This document shows, in pieces, positions 37,510 through 49,354 of a stretch of 64,000 nucleotides of DNA. Where the stretch lies: assembly GCA_965113315.1 (NCBI GenBank), contig OZ220375.1, one strand, 5' to 3'. Each line of letters opens with the position of its first letter. Position 1 is the stretch's first letter. This DNA is from Podarcis vaucheri (taxonomy: Eukaryota). The translations under genes were made by a program, and so were the position numbers. Below the pieces are notes generated by a model that saw only the letters and a list, made by a program, of their open reading frames with translations, was not told the DNA's origin and ran no database searches.

Positions 37510-38459
37510 CTGAAAAAGAGAAATGTGGTCATGCAATTTTTACTCAAGTGCCTTGATGATGGTTTGATTCACAGTGTCACTCCCAAGCCAAATTTGACAT
37601 GACACAATGTCTGAATTGCAAACTAGGGTTTGTGATCGGCCAGCAAACCAAAACAGAAATCATGATTGAATGTTTTGTGGCACGAGATCCTGTCTAATGT
37701 AGCAAACCGTGGTAACAGCCACCTCCAGAGGCTGTGGCACCAGAGAAATGGGAGCAGGCTAATAAACCTGATTGCTATCAGAAGCAGACCAGGTCCTATA
37801 AACAAGGGCTAGAGAGCCCTGCCACCATCCCTGACCATTGGCTATAATCACTGGGACTGATGGGAGTTGGAGTTGACCTATAATTGGAGAGCCACAGCCC
37901 CCCCATCTCTTTTCTAGACTAAGATTTCTGCAAACCATGATGTGATACTGGAATAGAGCCAATATATTGAACATACTGGAGGCGAACTCTCAGGTACCCA
38001 CATCATTTGTTTAAAGCACATTTATACGACTTTAACAGTCATTGTGAGAGCATATAAGGCCAGTGTTTTCCATCTATCCCAAAATGGATATTGTAGCACA
38101 GAAATGAGAATGTGGGAAACTACTGTACAGTGGCCAGCCATATTTCCCTCCCACAAGGCACCTGGAAGGACACTACATCATGGCAACTTTCCTTGGATGC
38201 ATTGTGGGACGAAACGGCCCCAAAGTAGAGGAAGTTCACTGCTGCCTTCCCAGGCACAAAGAATCATTCTGGTCAATATAAGAAGAACTTAGAGAAGCCT
38301 TGGCTACTGACTGCTAAGAAGGAAGCCTTTGACCCTTGAAAGCATCCCTGAAAAATTATTATGAATTTCATCCAGCCAACTTCCTCCCTATAGGAGACAT
38401 TGTGATTTCTCTGCTGGGCCCCCCAGAGCACCCACCACTGGGAGGTGTCTAATCCATAC

Positions 38460-38571
38460 CTTGGGTGCTTGCCAGCCCCTCTGAGAAAAGGCTCTGGGTT
38501 CCAAAACTCCGTGCATCATAGAGCAAGATCACCTCTTCAGCCCCCGCATCATCTGCATTTTGGATCAGCTC
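38460..38571 (-). CDS. Sacsin-like coding exon 3 (112 bp)
   Basis: cttcctgaag|...|gtatgg; [37 protein letters not shown] (GHKL N-box). Confidence 0.92.
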
Positions 38572-39114
38572 CTTCAGGAAGAAGAGGAGAATGAGAGTAG
38601 GAACAAAGGCCAGGGGTCAACACAAACAGACTGTGGAAATTGCTACATGGATGCCAGTCCCACATTCCATAAACTGCTAGACATATACAGGGGTCGTCAA
38701 TATCACCCCTTTCAAACTTTACCTATTTAGAAAAGTGAGGACAAGCCATCTCCTTGCTGCTGTCTCTCTCCCGCATCTGTAAAGGCTGGGAGACTTGGCA
38801 GGCTTCTTTACTGCAAATCTGCACCTTCTTTAATACTGCACTAGAACTGGCCATTCTGACGGTTTTGGCATCCTTCTTTGGTACCCCTGCACCCAGCCAC
38901 TCCCACAAGCCGTCCTTTGGGCCTGCGCTTCAGAACAGCTTCCTGCTCTAAACTTGAAGTCTTCTCTTCCCAAAAAATTCGGGTGTTTGGCTGCCTCCAC
39001 TCTGGGAACACGCAAGTTGTTCAAGCCCTACTTAAAATGCAATCCATGTGAAATGCCTTTGCTCTCAAAAACGGCAAATGCAAACAGCCCAGGCCCAATG
39101 CTTTAAAAACTTAC

Positions 39115-39202
39115 TTTTAAGATCTGACCCCCATCTGGGTACTTGCGGAGGATACCCTGCAAGTATTTGAGGACAGGAGGTGATTTTTGTCGAAAGCCCT
39201 TC
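39115..39202 (-). CDS. Sacsin-like coding exon 2 (88 bp)
   Basis: ctttctttcag|...|gtaagt; KGFRQKSPPVLKYLQGILRKYPDGGQILK resembles the start of sacsin SRR1. Confidence 0.9.
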
Positions 39203-40572
39203 CTGAAAGAAAGGCAGACGGTTACAGTAGTTAGAGTCTATGAATAGAAACAGAGAGACTTCAGTCTAAACAGGACCAGGATGTGGGGTGGGGTGGTGCA
39301 CCCGGGGAACCTTGACCTCACTGCCGACCTGCCCAACCCTTGCACTGCCCAAGTAAACTGTAGCAATGGTGTAGCTACAGTAACCGGGGTGGAGGAAGGG
39401 GGGCCGGTGGGGGCGGTCCACCCCGGGTGTCATCACTGAGGGGGTTGATGTTCGGCACACTGCCCGCCCACGACTCCCAAGCATATCCCAAGCCATCAGG
39501 GGAAGGGGCAGAGCTGCGCCGCCTTCCCCCTTCGTTTTGACAGCTCGAAGGAGGCTTGGGAGTTGCGGGTGAGCAGCTCGCCATTGCCCCCCCGCCTCCT
39601 TTGGGGGGGAGCCTCTCCTGAGCTGTCAAAAGGAAGAGGGAAGGGAGGAGGGATGCTGGCAAAGCGGCGTGGCTTCCTCCCTGCCCCCACCCTGCCCAGG
39701 AAGCAACCTGCCATGGGTGGCTTGCTTCGCCCCCCAGGTGTCTCGCCCCCTGGGACACTCGCCCTGCCCCCTGGGTGCACAACATGTGCGCAGCTCCTCC
39801 TGCCGCAGCAGCTAGCTCCACCTCTGTGAGAGCCACATTCCCAGTCGTGTGTGTAGCCACCAAATGCACAATAATGCTAGTATACACAGGTGTACATGCA
39901 TATACAGAGAGAGACAGAGAGATGTATTAACATGCACAGCAACTGGGGTTGAAAAAAGCCTTCTAACTTTTAGCAAGCCTAATTGCCAGGAGAGAGAAAG
40001 AGAGAGATTCCTGGAAATCTCAGCTGAGAAGAGAGATGGGTTAACCCTTCCCTCTCCAACTGCACTCTTCCCAAAGATCATCCCTCTCATACAACCATTA
40101 CAGCAAAAGAAGACTTCTTAGAAAATACATTGTGGAGGATTTACAAGTGGGGAGAGAAAAGGATTAATCACGCTTCTGGACCCAGCTGCAAACCCACCAC
40201 CCTAAAAACAACACAACCCAATTGAGCTTGGGGAAAAGCTTACTATTGGCTACAATAGAAGGCCTTTGCAATCTTAAGTTTAGCAGGGGTGAGAAACACT
40301 ATAAACAGAATAGGGAGGCAACTGGCCCATGGTCCAAAGGTTCCTAACTCCTAGTTTAAATCCTCCCTCTGCTGTTGGGTCTGTGTGCAGGTTTCCCTCC
40401 TGAGTGACACTGCTTTGTTGTGGCATCTGCCTGGACAATTTAGTATTCAAAGGATCCTGGGCTGCCACTACTGACCCAGCTTAGCTACTGGATCCTACTG
40501 GCCAGCAAAAACTGTAAGTGAACTTCTTGTTCCAGGTAAGCCTTGTTCAAGGCTTGTCTCCCTGACATCTTG

Positions 40573-40574
<2 letters not shown>

Positions 40575-40610
<36 letters not shown>

Positions 40611-40616
40611 TACTAC

Positions 40617-40655
<39 letters not shown>
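40575..40655. repeat. (TAT)n/(TAC)n microsatellite
   Basis: Trinucleotide run directly abutting a MITE. Confidence 0.95.
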
Positions 40656-40656
<1 letters not shown>

Positions 40657-40898
40657 CAGTGGTACCTCGGGTTAAGTACTTAATTCGTTCCGGAGGTCCA
40701 TTCTTAACCTGAAACTGTTCTTAACCTGAAGCACCACTTTAGCTAATGGGGCCTCCTGCTGGTGCTGCGCTGCCAGAGCACAATTTCTGTTCTCATCCTG
40801 AAGCAAAGTTCTTAACCTGAGGTACTATTTCTGGGTTAGCGGAGTCTGTAACCTGAAGTGTATGTAACCTGAAGCATATGTAACCCGAGGTACCACTG
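40657..40898. mobile_element. Tigger-like MITE (taacctga family)
   Basis: TIRs cagtggtacctcgggtta / taacccgaggtaccactg, TA TSD. Confidence 0.88.
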
Positions 40899-41147
40899 TA
40901 CCCTATACCCAGAGGTCTGTAGCCTTTTGTTCCTAACTTGCTTCTTCATCCTGCCTCATTTAACTTTTGGTTCTCATGACAAGCTCTCACCACAGCCTCC
41001 TGCCCACAGCCTAACCCTCAGAGCCACAGAGCTCACTGGGTGACCTTGGGCCAGTTCTTCACACACTCGGTCTAGCTCTGAGCTCCTTGGAGGAAGAGTC
41101 AGCAATGTTTTAAGCAAGGTGTTATCAGATCCCAGATAGTTTTGGTT

Positions 41148-41357
41148 CTAACTAAACATCAGAAAGAACTCTCTGGTGGTAAGAGCTGTTTGACATTGGA
41201 ACAGTCTCCCTCGGGAGATGGTGGACTCTCCTTCCTTGGAGGTTTTTAATCAGAGTTGGATGGCCACCTGTCATGGATGCCTTAGCCGAGATCCCTGCAT
41301 AGCAGGGGGTTGGATTAGACAACCCTTTAGGTCCCTTTCAACTCTACAGTTCTATGA
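41148..41357 (+). mobile_element. CR1 LINE 3' fragment
   Basis: W..LPREMVDSPSLEVF ORF2 tail and ggtccctttcaactctacagttctatga end. Confidence 0.8.
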
Positions 41358-41437
41358 TCAGCACATCCAGCACAGTCTCACTAGCATTTTTTTGTCCATG
41401 AGAAATCCCATGGATACACACACACTGCATTTCTCAC

Positions 41438-41460
41438 CTCTTCTTCTGCCCCTGAGACAT
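41438..41460 (-). CDS. Sacsin-like coding exon 1 (exon 41468-41438; ATG at 41460; MSQGQKK)
   Basis: cttttgcag|GTATCAAC ATG TCT CAG GGG CAG AAG AAG AG|gtgaga; phase 2 joins exon 39202 in frame. Confidence 0.7.
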
Positions 41461-41802
41461 GTTGATACCTGCAAAAGTGAGGAGAAAAATGCAGAATGAG
41501 GAAAAAATTGAGTCTATAATCTCACCAATACAATTTGCACATTGGTCCCCACTGAACAAAAAGAGCTCATAAACTATTGTTCCTTCTGTAAATGGACATT
41601 TTTTAACAAAACAGACAAGAGGAATCACTTACCATGATGTTACAAACACACACCCCCACTCATCTCTCATCAAAGGGATTTTGGAACAATAGAAAACCCT
41701 GCCAGGCTGCAGTTTCAGATAGGTAGCCGTGTTGGTCTGCCATAGTCAAAATAAAAAAAATCCTTCCAGTAGCACCTTAAAGACCAACTAAGTTAGTTCT
41801 TG

Positions 41803-41840
41803 GTATGAGCTTTCGTGTGCATGCACACTTCTTCAGATAC
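41803..41840 (-). ncRNA. Minimal type I hammerhead ribozyme motif (Penelope pLTR)
   Basis: GTAT-CTGAAGA-A-GTGTG/CATG/CACAC-GAAA-GC-TC-ATAC on the minus strand. Confidence 0.75.
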
Positions 41841-42234
41841 ACTGAAACAGAAGTTGCCAGATCCTTCTATATAGTGAGAAGGTGGGGAGGGGTATTACTC
41901 AGAAGGGTGGTGGGAATGGGTGATTGGCAGATAGCTGAGATGAGCCTGTTGACGACTCTTAACGACTGTAATAGGTCTTACAGGAAAAGGCAAGGGGTGA
42001 GAAGGTGAAAAATGGCTTAGTCATGTATAATGAGATAAGAATCCAATGTCTTTGTTCAGACCAAGTCTCTCCATGGTTTTAAGTTTGGTAATGAGTTGCA
42101 ATTCTCCCAGGACATTCTATACAAGATCTCAAAGTAGCTGTTTTACTACAAAGGAATTTCAGAAATAGACTGGAAAGAGAAGCTGCTGAATTGCTTCTCA
42201 CTATATAGAAGGATCTGGCAACTTCTGTTTCAGT

Positions 42235-42272
42235 GTATCTGAAGAAGTGTGCATGCACACGAAAGCTCATAC
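42235..42272 (+). ncRNA. Minimal type I hammerhead ribozyme motif (Penelope pLTR)
   Basis: GTAT-CTGAAGA-A-GTGTG/CATG/CACAC-GAAA-GC-TC-ATAC. Confidence 0.75.
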
Positions 42273-43149
42273 CAAGAACTAACTTAGTTGGTCTTTAAGG
42301 TGCTACTGGAAGGATTTTTTTTATTTAGGCTGCAGTTTGTTATGTGTGCTGGAAACTGTAGCTTATGTGAGGAAGAAACTACAGTTCCCAGGATTCTTTG
42401 GAGAAAACCAAGTGCTTTAAATGTATGGTAAGGATGTGACTTCTGTTACCAAAGGCAAAAGCAAACAGTCCAAGCCTGCCACAAGCAGTGTGGCATCTTT
42501 CTCTGTCATCTGCTTCCGATCTAAAACACGTTTACTAAATTATTATTACTGTAACTTATAAAATTTGTAGGTCGCTCTGTACTTGCAGGTCTCAGGGCAG
42601 TTCACAGGATAAAATCACAATATAAAAACACAAAGTACATAATCAAATCAAAAACCAGTAACCCCTCACAACACAATTTAAAATTAAGTCCTTTTAAGCC
42701 ATTGGGACCAACTCACTTTAGAGTAAGCTTACTTAAGACTGACTATGATCTGGAATGTGCTTTTGTTTTTAACAGACTGTGCAACAATTCCATGAGGTGG
42801 ACAGGAAAGGTTGCCGATATTTATTTAAACCACTATTTTGCCAGATATACATTTAAGCCACTATTATACCATTTTAACAGTCGTGGCTTCCCCCAAAGAT
42901 TCCTGGAAACTGTAGTTGGTTAAGGGTGCTGAGGGTTGTTAGGGAACCTCTAATTCCCCTCACAGGAAGACAATTGCCAGAGTTCTCTGGGAAGAGGGAT
43001 TTATTGTTAAATCACTCTTGAGATCTGTAGCTCTGTGAAGGGAACAGGGGTCTCCTAACAACTCTCAGCACCTTATCAAGTTCCTTGAACTCTTGCCAAC
43101 TCCCAGTTCTTGTCCTGTGTCAGTTCATCTTTTATTCATTTTCTTATGC

Positions 43150-44080
43150 AGGCATACAACCTTTTTACTATTTATTATAGTTATTGTTTATTAAATTAAA
43201 ACCTTTGACACCAAAAGCATTCCAAAGATTACAAAATAAAATGAACCTACAAATAAACTAGACAGTGTATACAAAGAATCAAGCTTGTACTGTTCTTTTC
43301 CTGAGAGTATGTTGCCTTTGAACAAATAAAAGTTACATAATCCAGATATTTCTAAAGACCAGTGGCATAGGTTTCACACCACATTTCTTGTGTACATAAT
43401 AAAAGGCCACCAAAAATGTCTCTCTTTTTTACCCTAGGTCAAACGTACCCTTATCAATACGTCAATTAACATGATTTCCCATGCTCTGTTGTACTATTTT
43501 GCTGTGTTTCAACACTTGTAAGTCCCCCCCCCCCTCCAAATCTCGTCACTGAGATTCTTGGAGCCCCACCAAGAACTTGTTTATGTAAGCTTTTCTGATT
43601 TCCCCCTGTAATAACAGATCCAGTTCAGGTGCTTTGGGGATCCCTTCCCTGCCCCCCCCCCGACAATTACTGCTGAGGTTTCATTAAAAATCTTTCCCCA
43701 AAATTTGGCAACATACTTACAATCCCACCACATATAAGATCCAACTCCCCAACATCCCCTCCAACAAAACTTTTTAATTTATTTTTTAATTGTTACAACC
43801 TAAAAGGTGTTAAAAATCACTTCTGCATATTTTAAAGTGATGTTTCCCTAAATTATACTGAAGTATTATTGTATGGGAACTTTCCTCCCAAGGCTTTCCA
43901 CTGTTCACCTCCTAATATTCCTGTCTTTTCTCATGTTTCTCAGTCCAGCTGCATTTTGCTTAACCTAGTAGCGTGGACCCTACTAATAATTTATCAAACA
44001 TCCCTGCATCATTTCAAACTACAGACCCAACTGTAACACTTGTTCAGCTCCCCTAATTTTAAGGGGAGCACTTTGGAAGA
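43150..44080 (-). mobile_element. Degraded L1-clade LINE 3' end
   Basis: Minus-strand CWRGCWGVGSYMWWDCKYVAKFWG (~43695-43766) resembles the L1 ORF2 C-terminal Cys-rich motif; boundaries approximate. Confidence 0.65.
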
Positions 44081-44846
44081 ATGGATCACAAACACGTAAG
44101 GGGGAGAGACACATCCCCTGGTCATCACAGGCCACTGAGGTTATTTGGTTCACTCCTTTTCAGCCATCAAGACAGCCAAGCAAACAATAAACAACACATT
44201 TACAGGGCCAGAACACAATGGAAGCACATGATCCGTTACAACTATTGCAGAATCATCATTTCCGGAGAGATTTTTGTGTTTCCTACCAAGGGTTGATAAG
44301 AGAGGATGTGCTCTGACTGAAACCTTTTTTCAGCCCAAAGTCCACATTCTGGGCATCACATGCCTGTGGTGGGCATGGCAAGAAGCAAAAAGTGGACAGA
44401 GAAATGGGTGTGCCTCTTACCCTCATCAAGAAGGAAACATCCCAGCAAACTCAACGCTAGAGGTTTCTAGATGGACACAAACTTATATATCTATGCAAAC
44501 AAAAGGCATTATCAAAAATGTTCAAGGACACCTTCCAAGCCAGCCAAAAACAATGGAGGAGGATGCAGAGCCCAGATGGTGTCTGGGGTGAGCATCAAGA
44601 AAGCAAAGGGGAGGGGTTTACATTTGTAGATTCTCAACTACAGTTTTATAGGAATTGCTTGGGTACCAGAACAGTGGGGCTGCTCACTTGCCACCTCACA
44701 TTCTTCAGCCTTTCTTTTAATTGCTATATGCAGGGAAACAAAATTCATTCAAGTGACAAGGCCTTCCCTGATTATCACTGCATCCAGACAGTAGGGAAAG
44801 TTTCGCCTTTTGAATGCCTGCCAGCCAGGCCAACTAGACGCAGGAG

Positions 44847-44959
44847 TCAAAATTAAAAAATTCCTTCCAGTAGCACCTTAAAGACCAACTAAGTTAGTTC
44901 TTGGTATGAGCTTTCGTGTGCATGCACACTTCTTCAGGAGAACACGGCTACCTATCTGT
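44847..44959. mobile_element. Short Penelope-like insertion with partial hammerhead core
   Basis: Same pLTR sequence; TSD aactagacg(g)caggag; minus-strand CTGAAGA...GAAAGCTC core at 44904-44937 lacks the 5' stem-I strand. Confidence 0.8.
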
Positions 44960-45591
44960 AACTAGACGGCAGGAGGTTCCCCAGAATGCAAAACAGTGGT
45001 AATTTCACGCAGTACCATTTAGAATACAGCCATATTTGTATTTCTACTGCATAGTCACACTATAAACCAAGTCTACACAAGGAGAATGAGGTCTAAGAGC
45101 CCAGCACTGCACCATTTTAGTCGACAAGGCTAAACGTCAAGGCAAGTCGACGTTTTAACTTTCCCTCCCAAGTTTTATAAAAAGAAAAGGCAAGTTCCCT
45201 GCAAGTAGAAATTAGAGCGTTAGGAACACGGCCGAGCTATATATTTTTATCCCCCGCCTGAAGTATTAGCTTTTTGCTTCTGCGGGGAATTTGCTAGGTG
45301 AGGAAAACCTCAAAAGCGATGGCTCACAGACGCCAATCTCTCAGCCTAGCCTACTTCCCAGGGCTGCTGGGAGGATAAAATGCGAACGAGGCACCTTGCG
45401 CTCTTTGGAGGAAAGGTGGGCTAGAAGTGTCTGTATTAACTAAGCAAATATGTTTAGGATCAGAGCATTTCGCTGTGTTTCCAGAGACGCTCGTACTTCT
45501 TCTAAGCCTGTTTAAACCCCGTTACTCCTCCCAAGGAGCCCAGGAGTCCTGTTGAATCGGTCCCCATCACCTGCGGTCTGTTATTACTCAC

Positions 45592-45830
45592 CGCGTCTCT
45601 TGGAAGATGCAGGTGCGCAGCTTCCCGGCCGACGATGACTAAAGAGCAAAATAGGTCCGCCGCCCTACCTCGCCTCAAGGCGGAGGGCGAGGGAAGCAGC
45701 GGCTGCTGCGCTTTAAAGATGCCAGTCGCTTTCGATACCGGCGAAATGGAAACCGAAAGCGATTTCGCTCCGTTTGGGAAAGAGGCGGGGAATGTCTCGG
45801 AGCTGAGGAGTGGGGCGGGCACTTTTAGAG
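45592..45830 (-). promoter_or_regulatory. Sacsin-like gene CpG-island promoter / non-coding exon 1 with ISRE-like element
   Basis: CpG-rich; minus-strand donor GTGAGT at 45591-45586; GAAATGGAAACCGAAAGC at 45743-45760; GC box at ~45812. Confidence 0.65.
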
Positions 45831-46699
45831 GGGAATGTGGGGCAAAGACGGTGGGCATTCAGGAACCAAAGGCGGAGAGGTGGAAGAGTCGGTATCTGAT
45901 ACACTACAGAAGGGAGTGGCCAAGATCGAGCCCATCCAGAGACAGCTATAGTTGGCAGGATTCCTGTCTTGCAAGGGGGTTGGGATAGATGACCCTTTGG
46001 GGTCCCTTCCGACTTTTCGATTCTAGGATCCAGTTACGGCTGGCTCCAGAGAGACAGATATGGAAATGCCTCCCCTGCTGCCTCAGCGAAAGTGCATAGT
46101 AATTATAGCGGCAGCTCACAAGGAAGTCCCACTGAATTCAACAGAGCATACTGCCAGACAAGCTGGTGTTAGGATTGTAGCTCGAGTCTTTGGGTTACTT
46201 TGGCACATACGGTGCATTTAAATCATATGCCTTCTTCTACAAAGAATCCTGGGAACCATAGTTTGTAAGAGGTGCTGGAAATTGTAGCTCTGGAGGAGGA
46301 AAAATACAGTTCCCAGGATTAGGGGACGCAATAACTATTAAAAGTGGTGCAAAGCTGTCTGCAGTAGGGTGGACTTTGAGGTCCCTACCAACTCTTAATA
46401 CTGATTCTCACGTACCCCTGTTCTCTTCCAAAGAAGCACAACCAACCCATTGGGTTTGATACTCGCTATCATAGCAGATAATATGAGGCGTACTGATGCC
46501 TTTTCTGTTTGGATCTGTATTTCACTTGTTTATTTCTGTTGTGCCATTTGAGTTGGTCGATAGATGTTTGGATGCATGTCTGAAAATCAATGGAGATGAT
46601 TGGGTGTACATCTGAAAATCAGTAAAGATGATTTGAAAATAGTACAACCAAGCAGTCCACATTCCCTCTCCAAGAATCCTGGGAATTGTTGCCCCTTTT

Positions 46700-47655
46700 G
46701 TTGCTGTTTAGTCTTTTAGTCGTGTCTGACACTTTGTGACCCCCTAGACCAGAGCACGCCAGGCACTCCTATCTTCCACTGCCTCCCGCAGTTTGGTCAA
46801 ACTCCTGCTGGTAGCTTTGAGAACACTGTCCAACCATCTCATTCTCTGTTGCCCCTTCTCCTTGTGCCCTCCATCTTTCCCAACATCAGGGTCTTTTCCA
46901 GGGAGTCTTCTCTTCTCATGAGGTGGCCAAAGTATTGGAGCCTCAGCTTCAGGATCTGTCCTTCCAGTGAGCACTCAGGGCTGATTTCCTTCAGAATGGA
47001 TAGGTTTGATCTTCTTGCAGTCCATGGGACTCTCAAGAGTCTCCTCCAGCACCATAAGTCAAAAGCATCAATTATTCGGCGATCAGCCTTCTTTATGGTC
47101 CAGCTCTCACTTCCATACATCACTAGTGGAAAAACCATAGCTTTTACTATACGGACCTTTGTTGCCAAGGTGATGTCTTTGCTTTTTAAGATGCTGTCTA
47201 GGTTTGTCATTGCTTTTCTCCCAAGAAGCAGGCATTTTTTAATTTCGTGACTGCTGTCGCCATCTGCCGTGATCATGGAGCCCAAGAAAGTAAAATCTCT
47301 CACTGCCTCCATTTCTTTCCCTTCTATTTGCCAGGAGGTGATGGGACCAGTGGCCATGATCTTTGTGTTTGTTTTTTTTTTGATGTTGTGCTTCAGACCA
47401 TATTTTGCACTCTCTTCTTTCACCCTCATTAAAAGGTTCTTTAATTCCACCTCACTTTCTGCCAAGGTTGTGTCATCTGCACACCTGAAGTTGTTCGTAT
47501 TTCTTCTGGCAATCTTAATTCCGGTTTGGGGTTTATCCAGTCCAGCCTTTTGCATGATGAATTCTGCATATAAGTTAAATAAGCAGGGGGACAGTATGCA
47601 GCTTTGTTGTACTCCTCTCCCAATTTTGAACCAATCAATTATTCCATATCCAGTT
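46700..47655 (-). mobile_element. Bov-B (RTE clade) LINE, 5'-truncated
   Basis: ORF 46839-47555 (NFRCADDTTL...FPLVMYGSESWTIKKADRRIIDAFDLWCWRRLLRVPWTARRSN) is Bov-B RT C-terminus; caac-type tail at ~46700. Confidence 0.92.
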
Positions 47656-47699
47656 ACACCTTATGAACTACAATTCCCAGCACCCTTAACAAACCCCAA

Positions 47700-47990
47700 G
47701 GGTCATTGAGTCCAACCCCTGGCAATGCAGGGATCTCAGCTAAAGCATCCATGACAGAGGGCCACCCAACTTCTGCTTAAAAATCTCCAAGGAAGGAGAG
47801 TCCACAACCTCTCGAGGGAGACTGTTCCACTGTTGAACAGCTCTTACTGTCAGAAGGTTCTTCCTGGTGTTTAGCTGAATTCTCCTTTCTTGTAACTTGA
47901 AGCCATTGGTTCGAGTTCTGCCCTCCAGAGCAGGAGAAAACAAGCTTGCTCCATGTGACAGCCCTTAAGGTACCGGTAGTTCAAGATGGC
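47700..47990 (-). mobile_element. CR1 LINE 3' fragment
   Basis: RTRTNGFKLQERR...AVQQWNSLPREVVDSPSLEIFK. Confidence 0.85.
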
Positions 47991-49354
47991 TATCATATGA
48001 GAAGCAACTTTGATATTTCCTTTAGTCTCTGCCTTCTAATCTGTTGGTTCTGTTATGGCTATTAAGTATGGACAGGTGCAGATTGCTGTGCCTGCAACTT
48101 GGTGTTTTGTTTTGTTTTTAACGACGCCTCCCCACCAAGAAGTGTGCAAAAGCACACAGTTTGGCAATTGTGAATTCGCAGTTCCCTGGTTTTGAGCAAA
48201 TCAGGAGAGATAAAAAGTGAGGGATATTCCTCCCTTCCCGAGCACATCAGAAATATTTAGAAGCACAGCCAAAACAGAAATGAAAGCTTTGAGGAGTGTG
48301 CAGGCATGGAAAAGAGAAAAGCAGAAAATGACAATTGGTTCACATACCCCGAGTGGAGTGTTTAGGAGCCTGATGTTTCCCCCAAATATCAGATTATCAT
48401 CATATCAGGCATGGGCATAGGCGGGGGGGCAGCTGTCCCCCCCAATGAATAAAAATAAATAAAAAGACATAGGTAACTGAGATTCTGTCCCCACAACAAG
48501 AGACCTGCTTCCCCCCCCAACAAAAGGCCTCACTACACCCATGTTATCAGGTAATCCCAAATTTTTTTGGGGGGAGCATCAGGATTGGTGTTTTTTGAGG
48601 ACTATGGATGTGGGCTATGCAAATTAAATGGGACAAGCCCAAGACCCTCACAGAACTTAGTTTCTCATCTTTCTAGTGTTAAAGGAAACTTCTGCATTTT
48701 TTTTCTGCAGAAGTGAAAGTTTCATTTCTCAGCTTGCAAGTCGAAGAACAGAAACCAATAGTGTTGCAGTCTTGCTTCATCGGTGGAAATAGGCTAGACA
48801 TAAGACTGGAGGCGAACCAGCTGGGCTACTGGCCCATGCAGGATGTGTAAGATAGGGCCCTTTGCCCTCCTTCTTAAACAGAGGGTCTTTCTTTCATCTC
48901 TAGCTGGAGAAGCCAGGGATTGAACTTGAGACCTTCTACAAGTACTTGTAAAGCAGTTGCCTTACCACTGAGCCATGTCTTTATGTTCCCACCTGAGTGT
49001 TGTAAATAATGGGTTGACTCTGGTGCAGGCACTGTAATACTGGTTGGCATCTGACTGTCTGAACAGACAATGGAGTGTGCCTCCGAGGGTGAAGTCAATC
49101 TGCGGTGTTAGCAGCACTGAAGTGCTGGGTTTCCTGCATCGGCACGGGGGTTGACTAGAGACCTTTGAGGCCCTTTCCAATTTTATTATCGGTGTGCCGA
49201 CACATAATAGAGAAGAAAATGACCTGTCCCTGACCCCAAGATGTTTGCATCCTATGAAGCAGCATGGGGGGTAAAAAGGGGAGGACACTGAGACGAAGGA
49301 TGTGGAGGAAGCTGTCAGGAAGTTGCTGCAATCTGGCCTGGATTTTAAGCAAGT

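Larger units (their letters stand above)
41716..42326. mobile_element. Penelope-like element remnant with inverted pLTR arms and GIY-YIG C-terminal fragments
   Basis: TSD AGGCTGCAGTTT (41704-41715, 42327-42338); + strand LPGHSIQDLKVAVLLQRNFRNRLEREAAEL, - strand LQLITKLKTMERLGLNKD; arms ~41749-41881 and 42194-42326 are inverted. Confidence 0.85.

Noticed and set aside
23129-41460. Assigning the symbol SACS
   Set aside because: Looks divergent from SACS as I recall it, lacks the UBL and has different neighbours; orthology cannot be established without a phylogeny
45787-45798. NF-kB site in the sacsin-like promoter
   Set aside because: GGGGAATGTCTC has two or more mismatches to GGGRNNYYCC
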